Source: Macrostomum lignano (lineage: Eukaryota). Taken from it: a DNA stretch of 64,000 nt. Below the pieces are notes generated by a model. It worked only from the letters and a program-made list of their open reading frames with translations. It was not told the origin of the DNA and did no database searches. Location: assembly GCA_002269645.1 (NCBI GenBank), contig NIVC01000230.1, positions 62,001-126,000 on the forward strand. Direction: 5' to 3'. Shown here piece after piece: positions 37,644-60,908 of the stretch (its first letter is position 1; each line of letters opens with the position of its first letter). Both the position numbers and the translations under genes were made by a program.

Positions 37644-39584
37644 GAGGCGCAAAATAATCAAGTAGATTTTGCTGATCTACTAGACTCCAATGCCTCCAAA
37701 GGGTCCATTGCTGTAGCCTGCCTGAATTCAGAATCGGCTGCTTATCCAATTGACCTGCTGCTCCAGTTGAAAAATCGGATTGCTTATTTGGCTCTGGTTG
37801 ATGGAGCCTGCAATCTGTTCTATGATAATCAGATGCTATGCAAAGAATTTGAGCCTCAGTTGGTTACTGGAGACTTTGATTCAGTTAGGCCTGGTGAGGG
37901 TTTGGTTGGCTTTTCTTGACTAATTCTAACTATCCAAAGGTCTGGTAGGAATAGGATTAAGCTGCATATTGAAAATTTATAATTTAATTAGAAACATACC
38001 CTGAAGTTCCTGAACATTTGCCTGAAAAGGTGACTGGTACTTGAAGCTTTGATTGAGGTGACTGAAATCCCTGAAAATTTGACTGAAAGAATACCTGAAC
38101 TACCTGAAGATTGGGTAGGAAAATACCTGAACTTCCCAGAGATTTAACTGTGAAAATTCTTTGAACTGCCTGATGAACTGACTATGAAAATGCCTAATCC
38201 AACTGCAGATTTGACTTTGAAAATACCTAAACTACCTAAAGATTTGATTATAAATACCTAATAAGCTACCTAAAGATTTTATTATGAAAATACCTAAACT
38301 ACCCAAAGATTTGATTATAAAAATACCTAATAAGCTACCTAAAGATTTTATTATGAAAATACCTGAAATACCTAAAGATTTGATTATGAAATCGCCTGAA
38401 CTACCCGAAAATTTGAATGTGAAAATACCTGAACTACCTAAAGATTTGATTATGAAAATACCTGAACCTACCTAAAGATTTGATTATAAAAAAGCCTAAT
38501 AAGCTACCTAAAGATTTTTTTGAGAAAATACCTGAACTACCTAAAGATTTGATTATAAAATACCTAATAAGCTGCCTAAAGATTTTATTATGAAAATACC
38601 TGAACTACCTAAAGATTTGATTATAAAAATACCTAATAAGCTACCAAAAGATTTTATTATGAAGATACCTAAACTACCTAAAGATTTGATTATAAAAATA
38701 CCTAATAAGCTACCTAAAGATTTTATTATGAAAATACCTGAACTACCTAAAGATTTGATTATAAAATACCTAATAAGCTACCTAAAGATTTTATTATGAA
38801 AATACCTGAACTACCTAAAGATTTGATTATAAAAATACCTAATAAGCTACCTAAAGATTTGATTATGAAATCGCCTGAACTACCTGAAGATTTGAATGTG
38901 AAAATACCTGAACTACCTGAAGATTTGATTGTGAAAATACCTGAACTACCTAAAGATTTGATTATGAAAATACCTGAACCTACATAAATATTTGATTATG
39001 AAATTGCCTGAACTGCCCGAAGAGTTGACCACAAAATACCTGAAGTTATTTCAATCGCATCACCCGCAGAAGTGCTGCAGTATTATAAAGACCTACCCAG
39101 CACAGAAGTGATCCCAACGCCAGATCAGGACAGAACAGACTTTGACAAGTGTCTCTCCTGTCTCCTGGATTCTCAACGTTTGAATTTAAACAAAGAAATT
39201 GCCTGCATATTGGTGCTTGGCGGCCTAGGCGGCAGGGTAGATCACACGTTCGGCAATTTGCACACACTTGTGAAATGGTCTAGCCAGTGCAAGCCTAGGA
39301 TCTACTTTGCTACTCAGCATGATCTGTGGGTATGCCTGCCGCCGTGTCAAGAGTCTGTTGAGTGCCGCCTGTTGCGGCCGAGGCAGGGCAAATACGCCGG
39401 TCTGATCCCGTTAGATCAGCCTTGTCTGAACGTTCACACTAGCGGGTTGAAATGGAATCTTACTGGCGACACTCTCAGCTTCACTGGTTTAGTATCAACG
39501 TCTAACGAAGCTGTTGACGAGTTAATAATAGCTAGATGGAGTGGCGGTCACCTGTTGATTACGGTTACTTATGAGTTGACCTAG
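37644..39584 (+). CDS. TPK1: Thiamine pyrophosphokinase (2 visible exons; initiator Met not encoded in them)
   Basis: Exons 37644-37893 (acceptor TTTTTCAG|, donor G|GTGAGG) and 39070-39584 (acceptor CCCGCAG|); 765 nt, in frame. Motifs: LVDGACN, LVTGDFDSV, PDQDRTDFDKCL, LGGLGGRVDHTFGN, TSGLKWNL, VSTSNE. Confidence 0.93.
37995..39045 (+). repeat. 33/36-bp minisatellite filling the TPK1 intron
   Basis: Unit GAAAATACCTGAACTACCTAAAGATTTGATTAT plus a 36-bp variant; degenerate at both ends. Confidence 0.9.
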
Positions 39585-39844
39585 TTTTAGTTATTGTTTA
39601 TTACAATTTACAGAGGAAGATATGTTTTGGAAACAAATATATATGTTGCGAACATATAGTTGGATAGAAAGTCGGTAGAATAAGACTTGTTCTTTAGCCC
39701 ATACCGTTGATCTGCACTTTCAACACAAAAATATTTTTCACTTCTCACAAGTTCCTCGTTAATTTTGCTGATGTCTTGCATATTTGCTGTGGTTAGTTTT
39801 TTTAGAATACTTATACTTTTACTTAGTCTTAGACATATAACAGG

Positions 39845-40197
39845 AATACCCCTGGATACAGACTCTGGAATACCCCTAGATACAGACTCATGAATACCCC
39901 TAGATACAGACTCTGGAATACCCCTGGATACAGACTCTAGAATACCCCTGGTTACAGAGTCTGGAATACCCCTAATTACAGAGTCTTGAATACCCCTAAT
40001 TACAGAGTCTGGAATACTCCTAGTTACAGACTCTGGAATACCCCTGGTTACAGACTCTGGAATACCCCTGGTTACAGAGTCTGGAATACCCCTAGTTACA
40101 GAGTCTGGAATAGTCCTAGTTACAGACTCTGGAATACCCCTAATTACAGACTCTGGAATACCCCTAATTACAGACTCTGGAATACTCCTGGTTACCC
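39845..40197. repeat. 24-bp minisatellite (GGAATACCCCTAGTTACAGACTCT)
   Basis: Directly visible between TPK1 and SAP30BP. Confidence 0.93.
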
Positions 40198-40844
40198 TAG
40201 TTAGAGTTTTTTTTAGAGATTTTTAACCTTTGCAAAAAACTTTAAAAAATATTTTTAAGTTATTCAGTGTTTAAAAACCAGTTAGAAATTTTAACAGTCT
40301 TTAGATTTTTGACTAACTCATGGAATAGTTTTTTTGCGAGTATATGTTTTACTTCTATTTGCACCAGTTGCCACTCTAAGTAGTGTAGTTGAGATTTGCG
40401 TTTAGAAATTTGATATTACTTTTATTCGCAATCAGCTCTAGATTATCGTCTCTATCGATGTCTTACTTTGATATGGATTATTTTCCACGTTGTCGCTCAG
40501 CTAATTGAACTTGACAAAATATGCGTTATTTTGTTAGTTATTTTTTCCACATTTTGTTTCTATATTTAAGTAGTCTTTGATTCCTTTTTAAAGGCGTTGT
40601 CTTTGAATTTCGCAATTTCGCTAACTTTTATAATATCAATGTGAAGCATTCAATATAGTAGTATCCTTTTAATTACAAGCTATAGTATTGTTTTTTTCTG
40701 TATTTGTACCGGTACAGAAGTGCGGTGAACCTACAGTAAAACATTTTTTATGCTTTTTACAGTTATACCGAGTTTTTACGCAAATGTTAGCAGATACAGA
40801 TAGATACAAGCGTGAATAGTTAAATAGATACATAGATAGACATA

Positions 40845-40930
40845 ACACACAGACAGAAACACACAGGCAGACAGAAACACGCAGACAGGCAGACAGACAG
40901 ACAGACAGACAGACAGATAGACAGACAGAC

Positions 40931-41029
<99 letters not shown>

Positions 41030-41050
41030 AACAGACACAGACAGGCAGAA

Positions 41051-41090
<40 letters not shown>
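40845..41090. repeat. (GACA)n microsatellite immediately upstream of SAP30BP
   Basis: Directly visible. Confidence 0.97.
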
Positions 41091-41185
41091 TGACTCTCCG
41101 CTCCGCTCTCCCGCAGCTCCTGCAGGCCAGCACTCGCTAAGCACAGGAATCCAACAGAAAGCCTCATCAGCAGCCTCAGCCGGCC

Positions 41186-42574
41186 ATGTCCCGCCAAACG
41201 ATGCCGCCTCCCACCGGCTCCCTGCCGCTGCTCACCGCCTACGATGATGACGAAGAAGAGGATGAAGAAACTCAAGCGGAGGCTGCAGCAGCAGAATCTC
41301 CACAGGCTACTGCCAGTAGTGATGACAACAATTTCAACGATGATGCAATGGGAGAAGGTGAGGTCGGACCCGAACAGCAGGTGGGAAATTCTCCCTCAGC
41401 TGTCATCAAAGAAGCAGCGGACGAAGACGACGCTCAGATCTGGAGCGGGCCGCAGCCAAAACGGCAGCGCTCCAGCAGCAGCGGCCGCGGAGACGGCGGC
41501 GCCGGCGGGATGACCTTCGACATCTCCGACGATGAGGGCGGCGGAGCTCACAACGATGACGAAGAAGGCGACAGCAGCCAGGATGCTGATGCTGCTCCTC
41601 CACTTTCGGCTCCATCAGTCAAATCGGATTTGAAAAGTTCTCAAGACCAGCCGCGATTAGCTAAAGTGAGCAGTTTGGTCAACTACGGCTTGGGGCCGAA
41701 TGAGAGCGACTCGGAGAAGGAGGAAAATGATGAAGGTGGCAGTGATGCCGATCGGGATGTTTCTGATGATGAGGCTGAGGCGCCAGTCGATGCAGAGGAT
41801 GCCGAGGTTGCTAATGACAATCCCGACGCAAAACAGACTGGCTTGTCGACTCCGCCGGAGACTTCCAGTGCAGCCGCTGAAGTCGGAGTTGCCGACAGGA
41901 AAATTTCCGACAATGTTGACGTTGACGACATGGCCCGAGCCAATGCCAGGGCTAAAGCCGACGAGCTGCTGCTGTCGCTTGACGCTTCTTCCTCATCGTC
42001 GGCAACTCCGCTCGTGCAGTCCTCGCCGCTGAGTCTGCCTCCGCCGCCGAAGGAGCCGCCAAATCGTGAGGTGCAGGAGAAGGTGAACAAGCTGCTGCAG
42101 ATGAAGCGTCAGGGCGTCGGTATCAGCATGATGAACCGCATCACAAACAATAAGAAGTATAGAAATCCGTGCATGTACGAGAAGTTTATTATCTACCAGG
42201 GTATTGACGATAAAGGCACCAACTTCCATCCCAGCGTGTTCGATCCCTACATCTGGGACAAGCTCAGCTATTACGATGCGCTGCTTCAAGCGCAGGTGGA
42301 AGCGGAATCCAAGCGGGTACGGGCGACAGGCAATCGGGATCAGCAGCAGCAGCAGCAGCAGCAGCCTCCGCCATTGATGCAGATGGCTTCCAGGCGGCCC
42401 GCAGCTGCCGCTGGTGACGCGGCTTCGGTGGCAGCCGCGATGCTGGCCAGACGGTCCAGCAAGTGGGACAGCGGTGGGGGCGGAGGTGGAAGCGCACCCA
42501 CTGGAGCCGCCGGGGCAGCTGCGAATCCTTCATCGTCCACTGGTGTGGGAGCATTTATTCGTAGGAAGCCTTGA
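41186..42574 (+). CDS. SAP30BP: SAP30-binding protein / HCNGP-family protein, single coding exon, 462 aa
   Basis: Acidic N-terminus, then LPPPP.EP…VQEKV.KL…M..I…K.YRNP..YEK.I….IDD.GTNF…VFDP..W…SYYDAL..AQ, and C-terminal RRSSKWD, characteristic of the HCNGP family. Confidence 0.9.
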   Translation: MSRQTMPPPTGSLPLLTAYDDDEEEDEETQAEAAAAESPQATASSDDNNFNDDAMGEGEVGPEQQVGNSPSAVIKEAADEDDAQIWSGPQPKRQRSSSSGRGDGGAGGMTFDISDDEGGGAHNDDEEGDSSQDADAAPPLSAPSVKSDLKSSQDQPRLAKVSSLVNYGLGPNESDSEKEENDEGGSDADRDVSDDEAEAPVDAEDAEVANDNPDAKQTGLSTPPETSSAAAEVGVADRKISDNVDVDDMARANARAKADELLLSLDASSSSSATPLVQSSPLSLPPPPKEPPNREVQEKVNKLLQMKRQGVGISMMNRITNNKKYRNPCMYEKFIIYQGIDDKGTNFHPSVFDPYIWDKLSYYDALLQAQVEAESKRVRATGNRDQQQQQQQQPPPLMQMASRRPAAAAGDAASVAAAMLARRSSKWDSGGGGGGSAPTGAAGAAANPSSSTGVGAFIRRKP

Positions 42575-42754
42575 ACTTGTCAAAGGGCTTGTTGACAGCT
42601 CTATTTGTATTGATATCGTTATCAGATTAAAGTGCATTAATGCTTTCACTTTTTTGCTGGGGGATACCCGAGTCCTGATTTAAAATCTTTGTCTCTGAAA
42701 TAATATTCAAATCCTAAGCCATCGGTTTTATTTGTATTTATTCATATCCGAATC

Positions 42755-43515
42755 CCATCCTACAGACAGGGGATATTCATATCCGAATCCCATCCTACAG
42801 ATAGGTGATATTCAGATCCCATTCCCATCCTACAGACAGGGGATATTCAGATCCCATTCCCATCCTACAGACAGGGGATATTCAGATCCCCATCCCATCC
42901 TACAGACAGGGGATATTCAGATCCCCATCCCATCCTACAGACAGGGGATATTCAGATCCCCATCCCATCCTACAGACAGGGGATATTCAGATCCCATTCC
43001 CATCCTACAGACAGGGGATATTCAGATCCCATTCCCATCCTACAGACAGGGGATATTCAGATCCCCATCCCATCCTACAGACAGGGGATATTCAGATCCC
43101 CATCCCATCCTACAGACAGGGGATATTCAGATCCCCATCCCATCCTACAGACAGGGGATATTCAGATCCCAATCCCATCCTACAGACAGGGGATATTCAG
43201 ATCCCATTCCCATCCTACAGACAGGGGATATTCAGATCCCATTCCCATCCTACAGACAGGGGATATTCAGATCCCCATCCCATCCTACAGACAGGGGATA
43301 TTCAGATCCCAATCCCATCCTACAGACAGGGGATATTCAGATCCCAATCCCATCCTACAGATAGGTAATATTTATCCCATCCTACAGACAGGGAATATTT
43401 ATCCCAATCCCATCCTACAGACAGGGGATATTCAGATCCCAATCCCATCCTACAGACAGGGGATATTCAGATCCCAATCCCATCCTACACAAGGGATATT
43501 TATCCCATTCCCATA
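42755..43515. repeat. 35-bp minisatellite (GACAGGGGATATTCAGATCCCATTCCCATCCTACA), intergenic copy
   Basis: Directly visible; same family as the GPD2 intron 1 array. Confidence 0.95.
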
Positions 43516-43961
43516 TGTTTCTTCCTTATGAAAATGATGTGCAAATATTAAGGCTTTTCTCAAATTTTCAGTAGTAAGTAGTTCAAATGTTTGTAAGCTT
43601 TCTGACGATGTACATTTGACTGCTTTTATACTAATGGCCTGTTGTTAGTAATAAAAATTCCTAAGTACTTGTTATCCTCGTAAATAAAAATATCCCATGT
43701 CTAAATACCATTGTGTGCTAAATAAACAATTAAAACTTTGTCCGCTTAAGTGTTTATTGAGGTTTGCGTTTAGTGCTGATGCTGAAATTTGCAATGCTTT
43801 TCCATGCCTTTCCATGTCAGTTGTCTCATGCTTCTAATGATAGTTAATTAGATATTAGCGGTGATCAGAATGGTTATTCCATTTACACGATTAGTAATCA
43901 TATATAATTAATATTTGATTAAACCTGTCTTAATGGCCTGATGTGCAACCGACAGCTCAGC

Positions 43962-44200
43962 CGCAGCTATTGCGCGGCGCATCTGAAGGCTGCGTACGGC
44001 TGTTCAGTCCAAGGACTGGGGGGGGGGGTCGCCACACACACCCTCAATTACCCCAGCTAATGCTGGCACCCATTTTACAGCTGGGTGAACTGAAGCAATG
44101 CAGAGTTAAGTGTCTTGCTCAAAGACAGAAAATGCTCCGAGTAGTTCTAGAATCGAACCCCGACCTTTAGTCGAAATTCCAACGCTCTAACCACTAGGCT
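43962..44200 (-). mobile_element. tRNA-derived SINE with CORE-like central domain
   Basis: The minus strand starts AGCCTAGTGGTTAGAGCG (A box)…GGTTCGATTCT (B box). It continues CTTTGAGCAAGACACTTAACTCTGCATTGCTTCAGTTCACCCAGCTGTAAAATGGG, which resembles the CORE/V-type SINE domain. Confidence 0.75.
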
Positions 44201-44223
44201 TTCTTTACGATTAGATAAATCAT

Positions 44224-44350
44224 CATTAGCAATTAGTGGATTAGAGAAATCGACATTAGCAATTAGTAGATTAGAGAAATCGACATTAGTAATTAGTGGA
44301 TTAGAGAAATCTACATTAGAAATTAGGAAATTAGAGAAATGAAGATTAGC
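44224..44350. repeat. 30-bp short tandem array (CATTAGCAATTAGTGGATTAGAGAAATCGA x~4) just upstream of GPD2
   Basis: Directly visible. Confidence 0.85.
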
Positions 44351-44444
44351 AGTTAGACTTTATTTAAAAAATCTCTGATATTCGACAATTACTCGTCTGG
44401 TTTCTCACGATTGCATGACCAATAAATCAGTCAATCAATAAATC

Positions 44445-54635
<10,191 letters not shown>

Positions 54636-55319
54636 TTCTATGGTCAATTTTTACACATTCAGGCCTTCAAAAACTCGTCGAACCCATAGTTCTTAAAAAA
54701 TCGTATTAACCATGCTTAATTTATTCGACTTTGCTTATTTCAGTTTTAACCTGTTCACACCTGTGAATTATATTGCTTACTCTGCTAATTTTTGCCTATA
54801 TATGCCAAACATCCTACTTTTACGACGCCTCATTTGTTAGTAGTATAGTAGCTGTATGAAATAAAATATAGGATATATTTATTAATGATTTTGAATAATA
54901 ATTTTAACAAAAAATTCTGTGATTATTGATTCCTGATTAAATAGTTTTTTTAAATAAAATTATTGTCGTTAATTAATGACATCATCTACAGTTCAACTAA
55001 AAAGTTTGCATTCTGGATTGGCTCTGGAATTCTGAGTATTTAATTTGTTCTTGTCAATGCCCCATGTTTCTCCCTCATATAATGATAGTGTATTTCAATA
55101 TTTTAACCAATTTTGGTGGTTTCTAATAAAATTTGCATATTTTTATTGTTTAACTCATAAGCATTAATACTACGTATCATTGAAAATACAAGTAAGATAA
55201 AAGCACTACTCTGGATTTTTAAAAAATAATAATGTCCATTGAATTTATAAAATAGATTCTTATGAAAATATTAGCATGGACTGTTTTGTTCTTTTTTGTT
55301 TGTTTTAAACAGGATATCC

Positions 55320-56392
55320 AAATCATGGGATATAGATTAGCAATCCATTCTGTTCCTTCATCAATTGGAATATAGATTAGCAATCCATTCTGTTCCTTCA
55401 GCAATGGTGATATAGATTAGCAATCCATTCTGTTCCTTCATCAATTGGAATATAGATTAGCAATCCATTCTGTTCCTTCATCAATGGTGATATAGATTAG
55501 CAATCCATTCTGTTCCTTCATCAATTGGAATATAGATTAGCAATCCATTCTGTTCCTTCATCAATTGGAATATAGATTAGCAATCCATTCTGTTCCTTCA
55601 GCAATGGTGATATAGATTAGCAATCCATTCTGTTCCTTCATTAATGATAATATAGATTAGCAATCCATTCTGCTCCTTCATCAATTGGAATATAGATTAG
55701 CAATCCATTCTGCTCCTTCATTAATGATAATATAGATTAGCAATCCATTCTGTTCCTTCATCAATTGGAATATAGATTAGCAATCCATTCTGCTCCTTCA
55801 TCAATTGGAATATAGATTAGCAATCCATTCTGCTCCTTCATTAATGATAATATAGATTAGCAATCCATTCTGCTCCTTCATCAATGGTAATATAGATTAG
55901 CAATCCATTCTGCTCCTTCATCAATGATAATATAGATTAGCAATCCATTCTGCTCCTTCATCAATTGGAATATAGATTAGCAATCCATTCTGCTCCTTCA
56001 TCAATGATAATATAGATTAGCAATTCATTCTGCTCCTTCATCAATGGTAATATAGATTAGCAATCCATTCTGCTCCTTCATCAATGATAATATAGATTAG
56101 CAATCCATTCTGCTCCTTCATCAATTGGAATATAGATTAGCAATCCATTCTGCTCCTTCATCAATGATAATATAGATTAGCAATTCATTCTGCTCCTTCA
56201 TCAATGGTAATATAGATTAGCAATCCATTCTGCTCCTTCATTAATGATAATATAGATTAGCAATCCATTCTGCTCCTTCATCAATTGGAATATAGATTAG
56301 CAATCCATTCTGCTCCTTCATCAATGATAATATAGATTAGCAATTCATTCTGCTCCTTCATCAATTGGAATATAGATTAGCAATCCATTCTG
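55320..56392. repeat. 40-bp minisatellite between the convergent 3' ends of GPD2 and caveolin
   Basis: TATAGATTAGCAATCCATTCTG(C/T)TCCTTCA plus a 10-nt variable end (TCAATTGGAA, TCAATGATAA, etc.). Confidence 0.96.
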
Positions 56393-56861
56393 AAATCTAC
56401 AGGTAATTATTCACCAAATTTGAGACTTGACAATTCAGAAAGAACTGACATCAAACAACAGGTGTATTTAAGCGATATCTATCAGTATTACTGTTTAAAA
56501 AAAGCTTAGAAAATTGAAATAAATTGTTTAGATTTTTCTGTTTATGACTAGGATTTAGCCATATAACAATTTTTGCTGGTGAGGTGTTGCTTAGAAAAAA
56601 AGAAAAAAATCAAATAGCACTTGAAATTGTTCTCACTTTTGTGTCGACACAAGCAAATCGAACAGATTTCTAAGAAAAGTTATTTCGATTTTTTAGAATA
56701 TCCCAGGTTCCTTGTTGGTATTATTTAAAAGAACGCTGTTCTACACTTAAATTTGATTGGTTTACTTATAACAAAACATTATTGTCTGAGTCGTTTTCGA
56801 CCGTTTATTCTTAGCATCCAAGGTAAACTTCTCTCCGTTGGCATGCTGTTGTCATGGCAAC

Positions 56862-57389
56862 TTAGCCAGCCACCTGAGTCAGCCGCATCTTGGACAGGAA
56901 GAGGCCGCATGTCTCGCAGCACGGGCCGAGGCAGCAGTCAACGATAGACTTGGAGTACCTGCGCATGCAGGCCATGTTGATCTCCCAGACCTTGAAAGAT
57001 GGCGTGATGCACCAGATGTGCTCCATCGCCACCCAGGCGAACACGCAGCCCCAGTACAGGGCGATGAAGATGCCGCAGAACAGGGTGCACACCTTGTACA
57101 GGCAGTTCTTGCCGCAGTTGAAACAGCTGTACGAGTTGCGCCACACGCAGTCCATGCTGTGGATGCCGTCGGGTTCTCCGAGGACATCCTCGAACTTGGT
57201 CTGGAATTGGACGCGCAATTTTGGTCAAGGAAAACCAGGTGGATGTTTTAGTTTGGTCCAAAACATGCTGGGATAAAAAGTCAAACTTGTCAATTATCCA
57301 TTTTGCTTGCAAATCTACCATCTTACCGACAGATGCCCGTTCAGGGAGTTGGGATCCCTGTTCTCCATGTCGAGATCGGTGCTAGTCAT
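56862..57389 (-). CDS. CAV: Caveolin, 2 exons, 133 aa
   Basis: Exon 57389-57327 (MTSTDLDMENRDPNSLNGHLS, donor |GTAAGA) and exon 57200-56862 (acceptor AATTCCAG|), phase 0. Signature FEDVLGEP (cf. FEDVIAEP), DCVWRNSY scaffolding region, hydrophobic hairpin, Cys-rich tail. Confidence 0.92.
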
Positions 57390-60300
57390 GATCGATTTAT
57401 GGCGATCCTTGCTTTACGGAAGTTGAGCTTATTTTGCGATCTGTGCGAAAATGGGAGAATGTATCTGGAGTCGCTCCTCATATACTCTCGATGTTTTTTA
57501 TCCTGTGCAATCGGTTGCCAAGGTGCGGACAGCCGCGTTGCTGCATCATCTCTTTCGGTTGCCAAGGGCTCCAGCTAGGCATCTGTCGTGTATATTGTGC
57601 GCGCGTCCATCTGAGAACTGGCGTTGCTTCCTGTGGCGAGGGGCAGACCTTTTGGCTGTGGCTTTTATGTGTGGCTTTAGCAGCAGCACAAAGAAATTGT
57701 GCTCAGTGGATCCTATATGCCCTCTGTGTATGCGGTCGCTTCCTGTCGCAGGAGTTGCTGCTTGAGAACTCCCTATTGTGCGTCTAGGAAGGATCGGGAG
57801 GTCTCCTGCCTTTGCGCTTGGCTTTAGCTGGGCTTTATTAAATGAAAATAGGACTCATAAGCTCGTAGCTGCTATAGAAATGATTGAAGCTGTTTTGACT
57901 TTTAAAATATGCTTCAACTATGCGATTTTAGCGTCTTAGGCAATTATTTATATAAGCTGTGCTCAATTATGAGTACAATAATTATCAATAATTACTTTAT
58001 ATAGTCTCGAACAGTTTATCTGCCAACCAGGGCAAGATCTAGTTTGTAATCGTATCAAATCTCCAAGATTCACGTATAAATTTACAAAAATCAATTGAGA
58101 AATCTGAGAAAAGGCTGCTCCAAAATCACCAGGACATTCTTGAAAAACATTGATCAGGTTTTAAGATTCTCTTCAACAGCTGTTCATATCCTACCTTGAT
58201 GAGTCGCCGCGTATGTAATGTCTTGCGATAGACCACCTTGCTTATTCTTTTCATGCTTATACCTACCTGCTTATATAGCTACTAACAGTAGACAAATCGG
58301 TATTTTTGCCGATTTTTAAACTCAGTGCAGCTGTGGGGTGTAATGTTATTAATATTCTATTTAGTTAACGCACTCGTGACAAATTAAGGACTAGTTGATT
58401 TCTGAAAAAGCTTGAGTGAGTGACCTCTTTCGAGTCCACCTGAGATAGCGTTTTTACGAACGAAGCTGCGATGATTCGTAGGTGAAAATTTGAGCTGAAA
58501 ATAGGCTCTGGCCTGGAATATTTTCTCTTCTCCGTGTCTTGCAGTATCTCCTGGCTAAATCTGAAAATCGCCCCTAAAAAGCTCCCTGCCGTCACCCCAA
58601 AACCCGATGACTCTTATCCATAAAGCTGCAGTTTCCGAAGTTATAGATTGAAAATTTGGGGGTTCACCTCTTGAATTGTGATGCTGCAACCATATCTGCG
58701 CGTGACGGGACATATGGCCTGTCATCGGTATTTAGATCCTATCGAAAACGAAGTAACTCGATACTTTAAAACGACTCTCTTGATGTAGCATGCGGTGCAA
58801 CGAAATCAAGTGTCTGTACTTCTACGAGTATTGCATGTGGCGATTTCTTGACATGCAGGCATAATCTTCGGCTTGCTGAATGGCGTGTCTATTTTTTTAT
58901 TGAATTTACGAGTAAGCCACGCCTTCTCTTGCAGGCAGACATTGTCGTGTTGTACGAGTAAAAGGATCAATTTAGGATTTTCAACTGGCGTGGATTGAAG
59001 TGGATTACAGATACACGTGTGTCCAGCAGCTTAGCAGTATAGAAACACCAAGCCATTTTTCCGCCCGTCGAACTACATGTACGAATACCAAAGGAAAATC
59101 CCCCTGACAATTTTTTACTCAGCCAGAATGAAGCAACGAAGGCACACGAAATAAAAGAACACGGGCTAACTTTTGTTGTTATGAACCTTCTCAAGCAAGC
59201 ATGAATTTTCGCTCGCCAGTCTCCTGACCGTCAAGATATTCAACGATTCTGCCAGAAGGTCGGATTATTCCAATAAGCGACAGTGTATTCAGTACACCCC
59301 TGTGCGCCAATCAGCACTGCGCCTCAGTGCAGCCTTGCCAAGCCTCCAAATTTCATCAACACTTCGACAACGTGTGTCTGCATCAGCTCTGACTTTTTTG
59401 GTTCTTTTGCCCAGACGGAGCTACTGAACATTCAACAGGTGGCAACAGGTGACTATGGACACCCGTTGCGAATTTCTCTACTTTTACTGATCAAACCTCG
59501 ACAGTGGGCAAGCCTCAGCTGCCTGACATCCTGTGTACATGTGCACATGCCTATCGATAAATAAAAGTTAGGGTCGCTGTACACTCCTGTGCGAGTGTGT
59601 GCCTGTGCGTATCCGCGCGCTTGTGTGCCTGCTCAGGGGAGTCATGCCTCTCGCCGGATGTGTGACTGTTGCTTAAGTGCGCCCAAATGCACAGAGCCCC
59701 TGTCTTTAATAAATAATAAAAAGCTAGTATACTGCAGTCAAACAAGAGTGTACAGTGCCCCTGTTTTTCATCGTCAAGCATGTACACAACACTCTGTGCC
59801 GTAAATTTCGACCTTCCATGAGCGTTCATCGAACGACGAACCTGGCCGTATGCTGATTTTAATGCTTAAAACAAAAATTATAATACCCGAGAACCGTCTT
59901 TGTTGTAACTGCGAACTCATATGCTGGAGATGTTTTCGCACAGTTAATTAATAGTCTCTAGTTGGTTAAGAGACTCTACCTTGTTCCAACGCTATAGCGG
60001 GACTTTCCGAATTAGGAGTCTTTAAGCATTGATTCATCTTTCACATGCATTAATAACCATAAATGTGACTGTAAGCCAGATTTCCAGCTCAAGTCAGATA
60101 AGGCTAAAAATAGATTTTCGATAAGACATTTAGCCAACTAAGAAGATATCTACGTTTACGTACGATGAACGTGACTCTGTGACCTGTAGTCACATTTGTG
60201 CTGCCAGGCTAGGTACATGCTTTGAATAGAGATGGCGAATGCTGAAGAAAACTGATTCTATTATTAGTCGCCGTGCTGTAGAGACAGGAAAATTCTAGTC

Positions 60301-60908
60301 TTGGCTTTACCAGATCCTGTTCTGAGCGGTTTTCTGTCTCATGAGCGCTAGGTATGATGGATGGAAGATTCTCTGTTTTAGGTATAAAGTGTTCTGGAAC
60401 TGTGTGGAAACTTCCTGCCATTGTGTAGAATGTGCGTAGGCAATTAGTGCGTAAATGCCTGCCGGCTGCATACTGTACATGCATGCTAATTAAGCGATAG
60501 TGCTATAGACAATAGGTACTCTCTGCATGAGAGCTTTCTAGATTTTTCTCTGGCCATATATGGGTTAACAGAATATTAATTATGGGTGGGCGTACACAGT
60601 ACATACTGCAGTAGTTAAACTAAATTGCACTACCGTTTTTCAGCTTTCGTTTTATTATTTTTTTTAAACAGCGTGAAAAAGCAGCTCGGCAGCCATGCAG
60701 AACAGAAATATTGAAAGAACATAACAAAGGATGATAGTAAACATAGCTGGAATGGAGTACGGAGGTGCATTACAAGGCTACAGTTGAACTCGTACGATTT
60801 TTTTACAGAAAGCTCACACAGACACACGTAAAAATGCACCGACAAGTTTATCAAAAACAAGGTCAAAAGTTCAGTTTTGTTGATAGTCTTTCACATTTCA
60901 AATTAAAA

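Noticed and set aside
55320-56392. Constant 30 bp plus variable 10 bp, superficially repeat-spacer
   Set aside because: The variable part cycles among a few related variants; it is an ordinary minisatellite.
59999-60008. Exact NF-kB consensus GGGACTTTCC
   Set aside because: A single 10-mer in 64 kb on two strands is plausibly chance, and there is no supporting context.
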